Source of the DNA: Helicobacteraceae bacterium UBA6016
Lineage (GTDB): Bacteria > Campylobacterota > Campylobacteria > Campylobacterales > UBA6016
Assembly: GCA_002428055.1 (NCBI GenBank)
Contig: DIZY01000119.1
Coordinates: forward strand, 1,855 to 52,892
Length of the DNA: 51,038 bases
Direction of reading: 5' to 3'
Every line of letters starts with the position of its first letter. Within the stretch, counting starts at the first letter, position 1. Shown piece after piece: positions 1-8,447 of the stretch. The translations under genes and the position numbers were made by a program. The notes beneath the pieces are model-generated. The model ran no database searches. It was not told the DNA's origin and saw only the letters and a list, made by a program, of their open reading frames with translations.

Positions 1-213
1 GTCATCAAAACTCTTAGAAATTGGGGCGTATATGTGGACGAAGCCTTTTTTCTAGGTGGAGTGGAGAAAAGCAAAGTGCTAAAAGCCTTCAAACCGCATA
101 TCTTCTTCGACGACCAAGACATTCATCTAGATACCGCCTCAAAGTCCGTACCCTCCGGAAAAGTGCCATATCCAAGTGATTCAAAAATGAATAGTAACGG
201 AGATTTAAAATGA
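1..213 (+). CDS. C-terminal fragment of a bacterial 5'-nucleotidase-family protein (5' end outside window)
   Basis: Frame 1 is open from base 1 to TGA 211-213. The translation VIKTLRNWGVYVDEAFFLGG...KPHIFFDDQDIHL resembles, from memory, the conserved C-terminus of the bacterial 5'-nucleotidase family. It is absent from the ORF track because no start codon lies in the window. Confidence 0.5.
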   Translation, partial: VIKTLRNWGVYVDEAFFLGGVEKSKVLKAFKPHIFFDDQDIHLDTASKSVPSGKVPYPSDSKMNSNGDLK

Positions 214-410
214 GTAAATTTATCTATCAATATTCCGCAGAGTTAGAGTTTAGCACGAAAAGAGCGGATGGGATATTGGAGTGGGGTGCTAAGATACTGG
301 GTACGGATGAGTATAGAAAAGCCAAAAGCGTAATCGCCAGAAATATGTTTGGGCTAGAAGACGGCACAAAAATATTTCTGATAAGCCTCAATTTTTTGGG
401 CGAAAAATAA
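210..410 (+). CDS. hypothetical small protein (66 aa)
   Basis: The ATG at 210 overlaps the upstream stop (ATGA at 210-213), which suggests translational coupling. No recognisable motif. Confidence 0.35.
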   Translation: MSKFIYQYSAELEFSTKRADGILEWGAKILGTDEYRKAKSVIARNMFGLEDGTKIFLISLNFLGEK

Positions 411-423
411 AAAAGGAGTTCAC

Positions 424-783
424 ATGACGCTACACAAACAGATAAACGATATAGAGGCCGTAAGTCAAAAAGCAGGGAAGGGCGTGAGTATGAAAATGCT
501 ACTCTCATCTGACGAGTCGCCGAATTTTGCGATGCGTAACTTTATTATAGAGGTCGGCGGATATATGCCTTTGCATACAAATACGGTGGAACATGAACAG
601 TATGTGCTTAGCGGCAAAGCCAAAGTTCAACTGGCAGATAAAACAGTGGAAGCAAAGGCTGGAGATATTTTGTTGATACCTGCCGGAGTTGCACATAGTT
701 ATGAGACGATAGGCGATGAGGCTTATAGCTTTTTATGTCTGGTTCCGAAGGCTGACGATAAGATAGAGATACTTTCTTGCTAA
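424..783 (+). CDS. cupin-domain protein
   Basis: 119 aa. Two cupin-like motifs are present: HTNTVEHEQYVLSG and GDILLIPAGVAHSYETIG. An AGGAG sits upstream of the ATG. Confidence 0.7.
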   Translation: MTLHKQINDIEAVSQKAGKGVSMKMLLSSDESPNFAMRNFIIEVGGYMPLHTNTVEHEQYVLSGKAKVQLADKTVEAKAGDILLIPAGVAHSYETIGDEAYSFLCLVPKADDKIEILSC

Positions 784-939
784 AAAACCAAGGTAGCCTT
801 GGCGGTTACCTTTGTATTTGTATTGGCGTGTATATATTTTCAAGAGAATATACATTATGTTAACCAAATAGTATTTATACTTTTACATACCTCATTGAGC
901 CGACTCACAGTTTTGCGAAATCGGCTCCAAGGACTACTA

Positions 940-2157
940 TTAAAACTTTGCGTGAGGCACCGGATAGTTTTCGATTACAAAATCAATATCTTTATCTCCT
1001 CGACCGCTTAGGTTTACAAGAATTGTTTTGTCTTTATCTAGTGTTTTTGCTAGCTTCATAGCAAACGCTACGGCGTGAGCTGATTCAAGTGCGGGGATTA
1101 TTCCCTCCAGCTGAGAGAGCTTATAGAATGCGTCTACGGCTTCGTTATCGTCGCACAAGCCCACTTTTGTTCTTCCGCTCTCTTTGAGATACGCATGCTC
1201 GGGCCCCACAGATGGATAGTCGATGCCTGAGCCGATGGAGTATACCGGAGCCGGTTCGCCGTTTTCGTCTTTTAACATTATGGAGTTAAATCCGTGCATG
1301 ATGCCCTCTTCCCCATATGTCAAGGTCGCCGCATGTTCTCCAAGCTTCTCCCCTCTTCCCAGAGGCTCTACGCCGTAAAGATTTACCTCTTTATCGTCAA
1401 TAAAGCCTGCGAAGATACCCATCGCATTTGAGCCGCCGCCTACACACGCCGCTATATTATCAGGAAGCCTTCCTTCCAGCTCCAAAAACTGCTCTTTTGC
1501 CTCAAAACCGATAACCGACTGAAAATCCCTAACCATCATAGGAAACGGATGTGGACCGACGACGGAGCCGATGCAGTAAATAGAGTTTTCAGGGTCTTTG
1601 ACATACGCCTCAAATGCCGAATCTACGGCTTCTTTGAGCGTTTTTAGCCCGTGTGTAGCGGGCACTACTTTTGCGCCGAGAATTTTCATTCTGACTACAT
1701 TTGGATGTTCTTTTGCGATGTCTACTTCGCCCATGTGTATCTCACACTCAAGCCCGAAATATGCCGCCGCAGTAGCTAGGGCGACACCGTGCTGCCCTGC
1801 CCCCGTCTCTGCGATAACTTTCTTTTTGCCAAGATGTTTTGCAAGGATAACTTCCGCCATGCAGTGATTTAGCTTGTGCGCGCCGGTATGATTGAGGTCT
1901 TCTCGTTTTAGATATATTTTTGCTCCACCGCAATACTCTGTTAGGTTTTTGGCGAAAGAAATCGGAGTTGGACGACCTTGATAATGCTTTCTGACATATT
2001 TGAGTTCATTGATAAATGCGGGAGAATTTTTGAGTTCTTGATACGCCTCGGCGATTTCGGCAAACGGCTTTTCCAAAACAGGAGGAATATATGCGCCTCC
2101 GAATTTACCGAAATATCCGTTTTTGTCAGGATGCGACTCTAGGTAGGTTGTTGCCAT
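940..2157 (-). CDS. trpB: tryptophan synthase beta chain
   Basis: 405 aa. Shows the hallmark TrpB sequence [10 protein letters not shown], the PLP-lysine context [18 protein letters not shown] and GGGSNAMG. Confidence 0.95.
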   Translation of the reverse strand: MATTYLESHPDKNGYFGKFGGAYIPPVLEKPFAEIAEAYQELKNSPAFINELKYVRKHYQGRPTPISFAKNLTEYCGGAKIYLKREDLNHTGAHKLNHCMAEVILAKHLGKKKVIAETGAGQHGVALATAAAYFGLECEIHMGEVDIAKEHPNVVRMKILGAKVVPATHGLKTLKEAVDSAFEAYVKDPENSIYCIGSVVGPHPFPMMVRDFQSVIGFEAKEQFLELEGRLPDNIAACVGGGSNAMGIFAGFIDDKEVNLYGVEPLGRGEKLGEHAATLTYGEEGIMHGFNSIMLKDENGEPAPVYSIGSGIDYPSVGPEHAYLKESGRTKVGLCDDNEAVDAFYKLSQLEGIIPALESAHAVAFAMKLAKTLDKDKTILVNLSGRGDKDIDFVIENYPVPHAKF

Positions 2158-2274
2158 ATATTTTCTCCCAAACTGTGTAATTTGCGGTTATTATATAGAA
2201 AATACGAAATTTTTTTCTATATTTTTTTGTTATACTCCATAAATATCAGCCGATACATTACAGCGGAGGAAAGC

Positions 2275-3939
2275 GTGCCATATAAAGAAAATAGCTTCTC
2301 GGAAAACAAGGAAGTCAACGACTTTGTGCACCGCGTACTGGCAGAAGTGCACACATTTGCCCAAAAGCAAGCCGACCACATCCAAAGACTAAACGAGATA
2401 GGTGCGGCGCTCTCAGCAGAAAACAATCTAGCAAAACTCTTAGAAATGATACTTACAGAGGCAAAGAACTTCACAAATGCCGACGGTGGAACGCTGTATA
2501 TGATGACCGATGATGAACAGCATCTAAAGTTTACGGTCGTCGAAACCGACTCTTTGGGTATCAAAATGGGCGGAACTATGGGTGAGATTACATGGCCTCC
2601 CCTGCCGCTATACAAAGATGATGGCGCTCAAAATAGAGAGATGGTCGCCGCTCTTTGTGCATTAGAGGGCAAGCTTATCAATATTGAAGATGTATACACC
2701 GCCGCCGGATTTAACTTTGAGGGAACAAAAAAGTTCGACCAAGGCACGGGCTATCACTCAAAATCGATGCTTGTTATACCGATGAAAAACTACGAAAACG
2801 AAGTAATCGGAGTTTGTCAACTGCTGAATAGAAAAGACCCGCAAACAGGCGAGGTAACACACTTCTCAAAAGACGACGAAAAATCCACTACATCCCTCGC
2901 CTCTCAGGCTGCAGTCGCCATCACAAACGCAAAGCTGATTAACGACCTCAGAAACCTCCTCGAATCATTCATCAAAAGCATCGCTTCCGCAATCGATGCC
3001 AAATCGCCGTACACGGGCGGTCATGTTAGAAAAGTTGCGGAAATCACGATGATGGTGGCAGATGCTCTTAATAATGCAAATGACGGGGGTTATAAAGAGG
3101 TCAAATACGGATTTGATCAGCTAAATGAACTTCGTATTGCAGCCCTTATGCATGATGTGGGGAAAATTACTACTCCGGAGTATGTGGTCGATAAATCTAC
3201 AAAGCTTGAGACGGTATATGACCGTATAGGGGTTATTAAAACCCGTTTTGAGGTGCTTAAACGGGATTATAGGATAGAGTTTTTGGAGAAAAAACAGGCT
3301 TTGGAAAAAGAGGGTAAAAGTGACGAAATAGCCTTTTTGGAGGCTGAATATGAGAGTCAAATAGCGATACTAGATGATGACATAAGCTTTTTAGAGGTTG
3401 CCAACATCGGCGGCGAATTTATGGCGGATGAAAAAATAGCAAGAGTCCATTCGATAGCAGAAAAAAAATGGAACGAGTGTGGCATCGAAAAACCGCTTCT
3501 TAGCGAAGATGAGGTCATGAATATCACAATTCGAAAAGGCACACTAACCGAGGATGAGAGACAAAAGATAAACGACCACGCCAGAATGAGCAAAGAGATG
3601 CTAGATCAGCTGCCATTTCCAAAAAAACTTCGCCGTGTGCCGGAGATAGCCGGAAGTCACCACGAAAAGCTAAACGGCAAAGGCTACCCACAAGGACTTA
3701 CCGCAGAACAGTTAAGCCTAGAATCCAGAATACTAGCTCTTGCCGACATATTTGAAGCGCTTACCGCCTCAGACCGTCCATATAAAGACGCCAAAAAACT
3801 AAGCGAAGTAGCAAAAATAATTGGTTTCATGGTTAAGGATGGAGAGTTGGATGGAGAGTTGGTCAAATTCTTTTATGAGCAGAAGCTTCATATGGAGTAT
3901 GGAGAAAAAGAGCTAAAACCGGAACAAATCGACATCTAA
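2275..3939 (+). CDS. GAF-domain HD-GYP phosphohydrolase (putative c-di-GMP phosphodiesterase)
   Basis: HD motif ALMHDVGK and HHEKLNGKGYPQGL (HD-GYP), with a GAF-like N-terminal half. I moved the start to GTG 2275, preceded by GGAGGAAAGC. The ORF-track TTG at 2182 reads through the AT-rich promoter region. Confidence 0.85.
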   Translation: MPYKENSFSENKEVNDFVHRVLAEVHTFAQKQADHIQRLNEIGAALSAENNLAKLLEMILTEAKNFTNADGGTLYMMTDDEQHLKFTVVETDSLGIKMGGTMGEITWPPLPLYKDDGAQNREMVAALCALEGKLINIEDVYTAAGFNFEGTKKFDQGTGYHSKSMLVIPMKNYENEVIGVCQLLNRKDPQTGEVTHFSKDDEKSTTSLASQAAVAITNAKLINDLRNLLESFIKSIASAIDAKSPYTGGHVRKVAEITMMVADALNNANDGGYKEVKYGFDQLNELRIAALMHDVGKITTPEYVVDKSTKLETVYDRIGVIKTRFEVLKRDYRIEFLEKKQALEKEGKSDEIAFLEAEYESQIAILDDDISFLEVANIGGEFMADEKIARVHSIAEKKWNECGIEKPLLSEDEVMNITIRKGTLTEDERQKINDHARMSKEMLDQLPFPKKLRRVPEIAGSHHEKLNGKGYPQGLTAEQLSLESRILALADIFEALTASDRPYKDAKKLSEVAKIIGFMVKDGELDGELVKFFYEQKLHMEYGEKELKPEQIDI

Positions 3940-3986
3940 AAAGTACTTGTTTGCACAGGCCGACAAGACCCGTGCAAAAGGTTTTG

Positions 3987-5852
3987 CTACAGCGGTCTAA
4001 AGCCTATAAGTGTCATATCATCTCTTCTAGGCTCCCCTGCCCTATACTCCATCAGCGCTTCTTCTATTCGAGCCATTTGCTCATTCATATTTAGGCTTTG
4101 ATTTTGCAGAATAATATCTCCAAGCCTTTTGCGTCCGAGTAGTCTTTTTGGTGCGCCGCCCATATGGTCAGGAATACCGTCTGTAAGCATATAAAACGAC
4201 ATCCCCGCCTCTACTTTTATCGTATGGTTTTCAAACGGATTTTTCGGTCTTATGCTTCTATATCCTAGGCTTGCTCTAGTGGGTCTAATCTCTTCAAGCG
4301 AGCCGTTTTTGACATAGATAAGCGGTAGATTGGCGCCTGCGTATGTTAAGGTTTGCGTATCTGTTTCGTAGACGCAGATAGCACAGTCCAGTCCGTCGTC
4401 GGAGTCGGTATCCGGATAGTCTTGTCGAAGCTTTGTTCGCACTCTTTCATCAATAGCCGATAGAAGTTCGGACGGGTTGCTTATTTTTAGATCATGAATA
4501 GCCCTATGAAGCGCCGCAGAGGCAACCATAGTCATAAATGCGCCCGGTACCCCGTGCCCTGTGCAGTCTATAACTACTATAAAGCATTTATTATCTCGCC
4601 TTTCAATCCAAAAATAATCGCCGCCGACAACATGCAAAGGCTCCCAGCATACGAAAATATCTGCTATTGCACCGTCTAGCGCATGTTTGTCCGGCAAGGA
4701 GGCCTCTTGTATTTTTCTGGCATACCCTATACTCTCCATAACGAGAGAGTTTGCATGATCCAGTTTTGCGTGCGCTTCATCCAAAGCGGCCTTTTCTTTT
4801 TGAAGCTGTAACTGCTGCGCCCTCACCTGTCTTAACGAGCCTATTAGATGCGCCATAAATGCAAGAACTATTAGTATAACAAACCAATATTTTTTTAGCA
4901 CATCCGTTAAATTGAACTTTCCTAAATCCTTGTACGGTCCTATCTTTAAATCTCTGTAAAGCTCATGCACTGGATTGTAGTCTGCCGGAACAGACCACCC
5001 TTTTATTTTTGCCGCTTTTGCTGCTGTGCTGTCTTCCGGCATCTCAAGCAGGGCGATGGCTACAAACTGAGCCAGCTGCTCATCCGTGTCTTTTAACTTG
5101 CTAAATGGCCACTCCGGATAGAGTCTTGTGCTCCTCAAATACGGAAATTTTTTATCGGCGCCTTGCGAATTTAGAATTTTGATATTTTTGAGCTCTATCT
5201 TGCCCTCTTTCGCCATTCTCTCCAATATATCAGTTCTTATAGCCCCTGCGTCACCCTCGCCTTTTAATACTCCAAGCACCACTTTTTCATGGTCGCCCAG
5301 CGTTTTTACCGTCAAATCACTTTCTGCATCTATGCCTGCATCTTTCATCTCTCTAAGCTGCATTAGCCAGCCGCCGAATGATGTTTTATCTACGGACAAT
5401 AGTGTTTTGCCTTTCAGCTCTTCCAAGGTTTTTATTTTGCTGTCCGCTTTTGTCAAAAATACGCCGCCGAAACGATTGCATAAGCAGCCGTCTGGACCAT
5501 GGTTTGTTAGTGTGGCTATACGGCTGATACCGTACGATGCTTCAAGCTCTATATATTGCCCGGTGTTTACTACGACAAAATCAACTTCTTTTTTGCCGAC
5601 GGCATCGTATAGTTTTTTAAAATCAAGAGGTACAAGCTCAAATTTGTATCCGGCAATGCTTTCGCTTAGATAATTCATCGTCGGTTGCCACATTGTTTTG
5701 GCTACTGCCTCGCCCCTGTGTGCCAATACGCCTATCTTGACGGTCTTTACATCCGCAAAAAGCGTTGCCGTAAAAATAGAAAAAACAAAAATTGCGCTAA
5801 ATAACCTCTTTATAAACAATAACACTATTTCTTCCTCCTCTTTTTGCTTCAT
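3987..5852 (-). CDS. siaA: SiaA-like sensor protein phosphatase: PhnD-like periplasmic binding domain, TM helix, coiled coil, PP2C/SpoIIE domain
   Basis: The N-terminal half has the phosphonate-binding-like pattern VKIGVLAHRGEAVAKTMWQP...VDFVVVNTGQY. The C-terminal part has PP2C/SpoIIE motifs GGDYFW, DCTGHGVPGAFMTM and RRDDMTLIGF. An alternative start, GTG 5825, has a GAGGAGG Shine-Dalgarno sequence. Confidence 0.8.
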   Translation of the reverse strand: MKQKEEEEIVLLFIKRLFSAIFVFSIFTATLFADVKTVKIGVLAHRGEAVAKTMWQPTMNYLSESIAGYKFELVPLDFKKLYDAVGKKEVDFVVVNTGQYIELEASYGISRIATLTNHGPDGCLCNRFGGVFLTKADSKIKTLEELKGKTLLSVDKTSFGGWLMQLREMKDAGIDAESDLTVKTLGDHEKVVLGVLKGEGDAGAIRTDILERMAKEGKIELKNIKILNSQGADKKFPYLRSTRLYPEWPFSKLKDTDEQLAQFVAIALLEMPEDSTAAKAAKIKGWSVPADYNPVHELYRDLKIGPYKDLGKFNLTDVLKKYWFVILIVLAFMAHLIGSLRQVRAQQLQLQKEKAALDEAHAKLDHANSLVMESIGYARKIQEASLPDKHALDGAIADIFVCWEPLHVVGGDYFWIERRDNKCFIVVIDCTGHGVPGAFMTMVASAALHRAIHDLKISNPSELLSAIDERVRTKLRQDYPDTDSDDGLDCAICVYETDTQTLTYAGANLPLIYVKNGSLEEIRPTRASLGYRSIRPKNPFENHTIKVEAGMSFYMLTDGIPDHMGGAPKRLLGRKRLGDIILQNQSLNMNEQMARIEEALMEYRAGEPRRDDMTLIGFRPL

Positions 5853-6646
5853 AAAGAGCGTTATCCGCCTTTATCATGATTTGCTCAAACGAGCTGTCCG
5901 TATCAACGGCGCTATAAGCCCCTATGCTAACCGTAACCTTTAGAGATAAACCAAAATCCTCTATCAAAAACTCTTTGGCTTCTACATTTTTTCTGATTCT
6001 CTCTGCAACCTCAAAAGCTTCGTTACTCTGTGACTCAGGCATTATTACGACAAACTCCTCACCGCCTATGCGCCCCAAAATATCCGTCGTGCGGATGGAC
6101 TCTTGGCAGATTGTCGTAAAACATTTAAGAGCGGTGTCCCCTGCCGCATGTCCGTGCGTATCGTTGATATTTTTGAAATGGTCTATGTCAAGCATCAAAA
6201 TACACAGTGGGCGTTTGGTGCGTAAAAATCGTTTAATTTCATTTTCGCCAAACTCTATTAGTTGGCGTCTAGTATATACCCCTGTTAGGGCGTCGGTCGT
6301 AGCTATCGCTCTTAGCTCCGCCTCTAGTAGTTTTTTTTTGTTTTATCTCTTCTTCGAGGGCAGCGTTTAGTTCGGCAAGTCTCGTTGCTTGCTCTTCAAG
6401 TCTACTATTTGCCCCTTGCAGTTCGATAGTAATATTTCTAAGTTGTCCTTGTTGGCGGTCGCTTAGTCTGATTAGTCGTTGTTGCTCTCTAAAACTTCTG
6501 CGGTAGCCGATTGCTAAGCTTTGCATATTTTCGTGCACTAGCTTTGCATGTTCGTCAAAACTGCTTGCAAGCTCTTCGGCTTGTTTGATTACCCTCTCTT
6601 CATTGTCAAAGATACTAAAATCGTTAGATTTTGCATCATTAAGCAT
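5797..6646 (-). pseudogene. siaD: SiaD-like coiled-coil GGDEF diguanylate cyclase, frameshifted at an A9 run
   Basis: ORF 6269-6646 (coiled-coil stalk) and ORF 5797-6198 (DIDHFKNINDTHGH, RIGGEEF) are two halves of one gene. Removing one A from the run at 6331-6339 gives a continuous reading ...QKKLLEAELRAIATTDALTGVYTRRQLIEFGENEIKRFLRTKRPLCILMLDIDHFK. Confidence 0.8.
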
Positions 6647-6648
6647 GT

Positions 6649-7035
6649 TTAGCCTAGCAGACAGAGATTGAAAGTAGCGTGTTCCATATCGGAGGCAAAA
6701 TCTTCGCCAAACTCTAGCATCGTATCGTCATCCTCGTTGTAATGCCAATTGATAACCGTTTTTTTACCCATATTTTCGGCGGCGTCTTCTAGGAGCTGAA
6801 AAAGATTCATCAACACTTTTGCGCTGGAGCTATTAAAATAAGCAAACTCCACATCAAATACAACCAGAGCGTCAAATTCGCTTGCCAAAAACTCCTCTAG
6901 CGCTTGATGTAGCGGTCCAAAAAAGGCGGATGCATCTTCCGGATACGACTCCCCTTTCATACTAAACACACCGCTTTCAAAATCAAACAAAACAGCGGGC
7001 GTTCTATCGGTCGCTTCTCTTACGATTTTTTCCAT
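6649..7035 (-). CDS. siaC: SiaC-like DUF1987 partner-switch phosphoprotein
   Basis: 128 aa. Size and the YFNSSSAKVL pattern fit DUF1987/SiaC as I remember it. It lies between a SiaB-size gene and a GGDEF gene. Confidence 0.65.
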   Translation of the reverse strand: MEKIVREATDRTPAVLFDFESGVFSMKGESYPEDASAFFGPLHQALEEFLASEFDALVVFDVEFAYFNSSSAKVLMNLFQLLEDAAENMGKKTVINWHYNEDDDTMLEFGEDFASDMEHATFNLCLLG

Positions 7036-7050
7036 ATTCCCCCCCCCTCT

Positions 7051-7605
7051 TTAAATGTATGCTTTTAAGCAAAAAAATGTCGTATCGCCGTCTATCATCG
7101 GCTCAAAATCAAATTCAATAGGCTCACTCGCTCTTTTGGCTATCTCAATAATGCCGATAGTAGCGCCCTTACTTTGTTCCTCCGGCGGCTCTTTTAGTTT
7201 TTCTCTATAGTATGCTTTAAGTCCCTCTTTATCGAGGCCTCTTACAATTTCAAGCCTCTGTCTTAAGAGCTCCACATCGGAGTTATCTACCGTATTTGAG
7301 CAGACAACAAAAAATTTATCACCCTCATATCCGACCGTTATCGTACCGCTTCCAAGTTCCACTTTTGTAGGTATTTCGCCCTCCACTCTCTCGGCGGAGT
7401 AGCGGATAATGTTTTGAACCTGTTCTACGAATACGGAAAATACTTTTTTTGTCGTATTTGGATCCGTAGCGTCAAGCGTCATTTTTTGTTTTAATGATTC
7501 GCCTAGGGCAAATAGTATGCCATCAGATACGAAACCGCTAAAAGAAAACATAATTCCTTTTTCATCAAGCGATTTTTTAAAATTGTAATACTCTTTCGCA
7601 AGCAT
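7051..7605 (-). CDS. siaB: SiaB-like small protein kinase
   Basis: 184 aa and first gene of the four-gene minus-strand cluster. Assigned mainly on size and synteny with siaC/siaD/siaA. No strong motif read by eye. Confidence 0.5.
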   Translation of the reverse strand: MLAKEYYNFKKSLDEKGIMFSFSGFVSDGILFALGESLKQKMTLDATDPNTTKKVFSVFVEQVQNIIRYSAERVEGEIPTKVELGSGTITVGYEGDKFFVVCSNTVDNSDVELLRQRLEIVRGLDKEGLKAYYREKLKEPPEEQSKGATIGIIEIAKRASEPIEFDFEPMIDGDTTFFCLKAYI

Positions 7606-7766
7606 ATTTTTGACCTTTATATGGTTGTAATACGAGATTATATTAAAATCAAGTCACTTTATGCTCGCCGATATATCTATATTATCACCGTTATTTAGTG
7701 ACTTTGGTCACTTTTTGAGGTTTTTTTCGCTATATTTTGCAACTAAAAATAAAAAGAGTATCTAGG

Positions 7767-8447
7767 GTGATTCAATTTAAAAAATATACTATTCTTGTGG
7801 TGGAAGATGATGAGCTCATTAGGGAGTCGTTTGTTAGATGCTTGGGCATGCTTTTTAGGGAGGTTTATATAGCCTCAAGCGCCGAGGACGGACTAAAAGA
7901 GTGGAATAGACGGCTACCGGATATAATTATTACTGATATTTATCTCCCAAAAATGAGCGGGATAGAGCTGGTAAAACTGATTAGAGAACAGGATTTGAAA
8001 ATTCCTATTTTGTTTATGAGCGCCCATAGTGACCCACAGACATTTATGAAGACAATCCCTGTAAGCGCCGATGGATATATGATTAAGCCTTTTACATTTG
8101 AGGGTTGTTTGGATAGTTTGCAAAAATGCGTCCAAAAGTTAGAGCAAAAAACATCCGATGATATATTCCTAAAAGGCGGCGCAAAAGTAAATTTATCGAC
8201 AAAAATAGTTACGATAGAAAATAAAACGAGCAAGCTTACCCCGCAGGAGTCGAGACTGCTATCGCTGTTTCTCAAATCTCAAGATACGACGCTGCATCAA
8301 GAGAGTATAATAAACACCCTCTGGGGCGGTGAGCAGATAAGCCCGAGCGCCATAAAAAATTTACTTCTAAAGATGCGTAAAAAGCTTGGAACAGATGCCA
8401 TAGATACGCTAGTGGGGCATGGATATAAGCTTAATGTAATCCACTAA
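7767..8447 (+). CDS. OmpR/PhoB-type response regulator
   Basis: Receiver motifs ILVVEDDE, DIIITDIYLPKMSG and MSAHSD...GYMIKP, with a winged-helix C-terminus (KLTPQESRLLSLF...GHGYKL). Start placed at GTG 7767. The TTG at 7737 is possible. Confidence 0.85.
   Translation: MIQFKKYTILVVEDDELIRESFVRCLGMLFREVYIASSAEDGLKEWNRRLPDIIITDIYLPKMSGIELVKLIREQDLKIPILFMSAHSDPQTFMKTIPVSADGYMIKPFTFEGCLDSLQKCVQKLEQKTSDDIFLKGGAKVNLSTKIVTIENKTSKLTPQESRLLSLFLKSQDTTLHQESIINTLWGGEQISPSAIKNLLLKMRKKLGTDAIDTLVGHGYKLNVIH

Noticed and set aside
799-1011. 70-aa plus-strand ORF between the cupin gene and trpB
   Set aside because: It overlaps the 3' end of trpB in antisense, has hydrophobic nonsense composition and no ribosome-binding site.
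2182-2274. TTG-initiated N-terminal extension of the HD-GYP gene
   Set aside because: It reads through the AT-rich divergent promoter region shared with trpB and yields an implausible Phe/Tyr/Ile-rich peptide. GTG 2275 has a strong Shine-Dalgarno sequence.
5128-5673. 181-aa plus-strand ORF, and similar long antisense ORFs at 23315-23872, 27614-28105, 12409-12798 and 25167-25565
   Set aside because: Each lies entirely antisense within a well-supported gene (siaA-like, metY-like, flgL, RND, ftsK). They have Ser/Leu/Pro-rich shadow-ORF composition and no ribosome-binding site.
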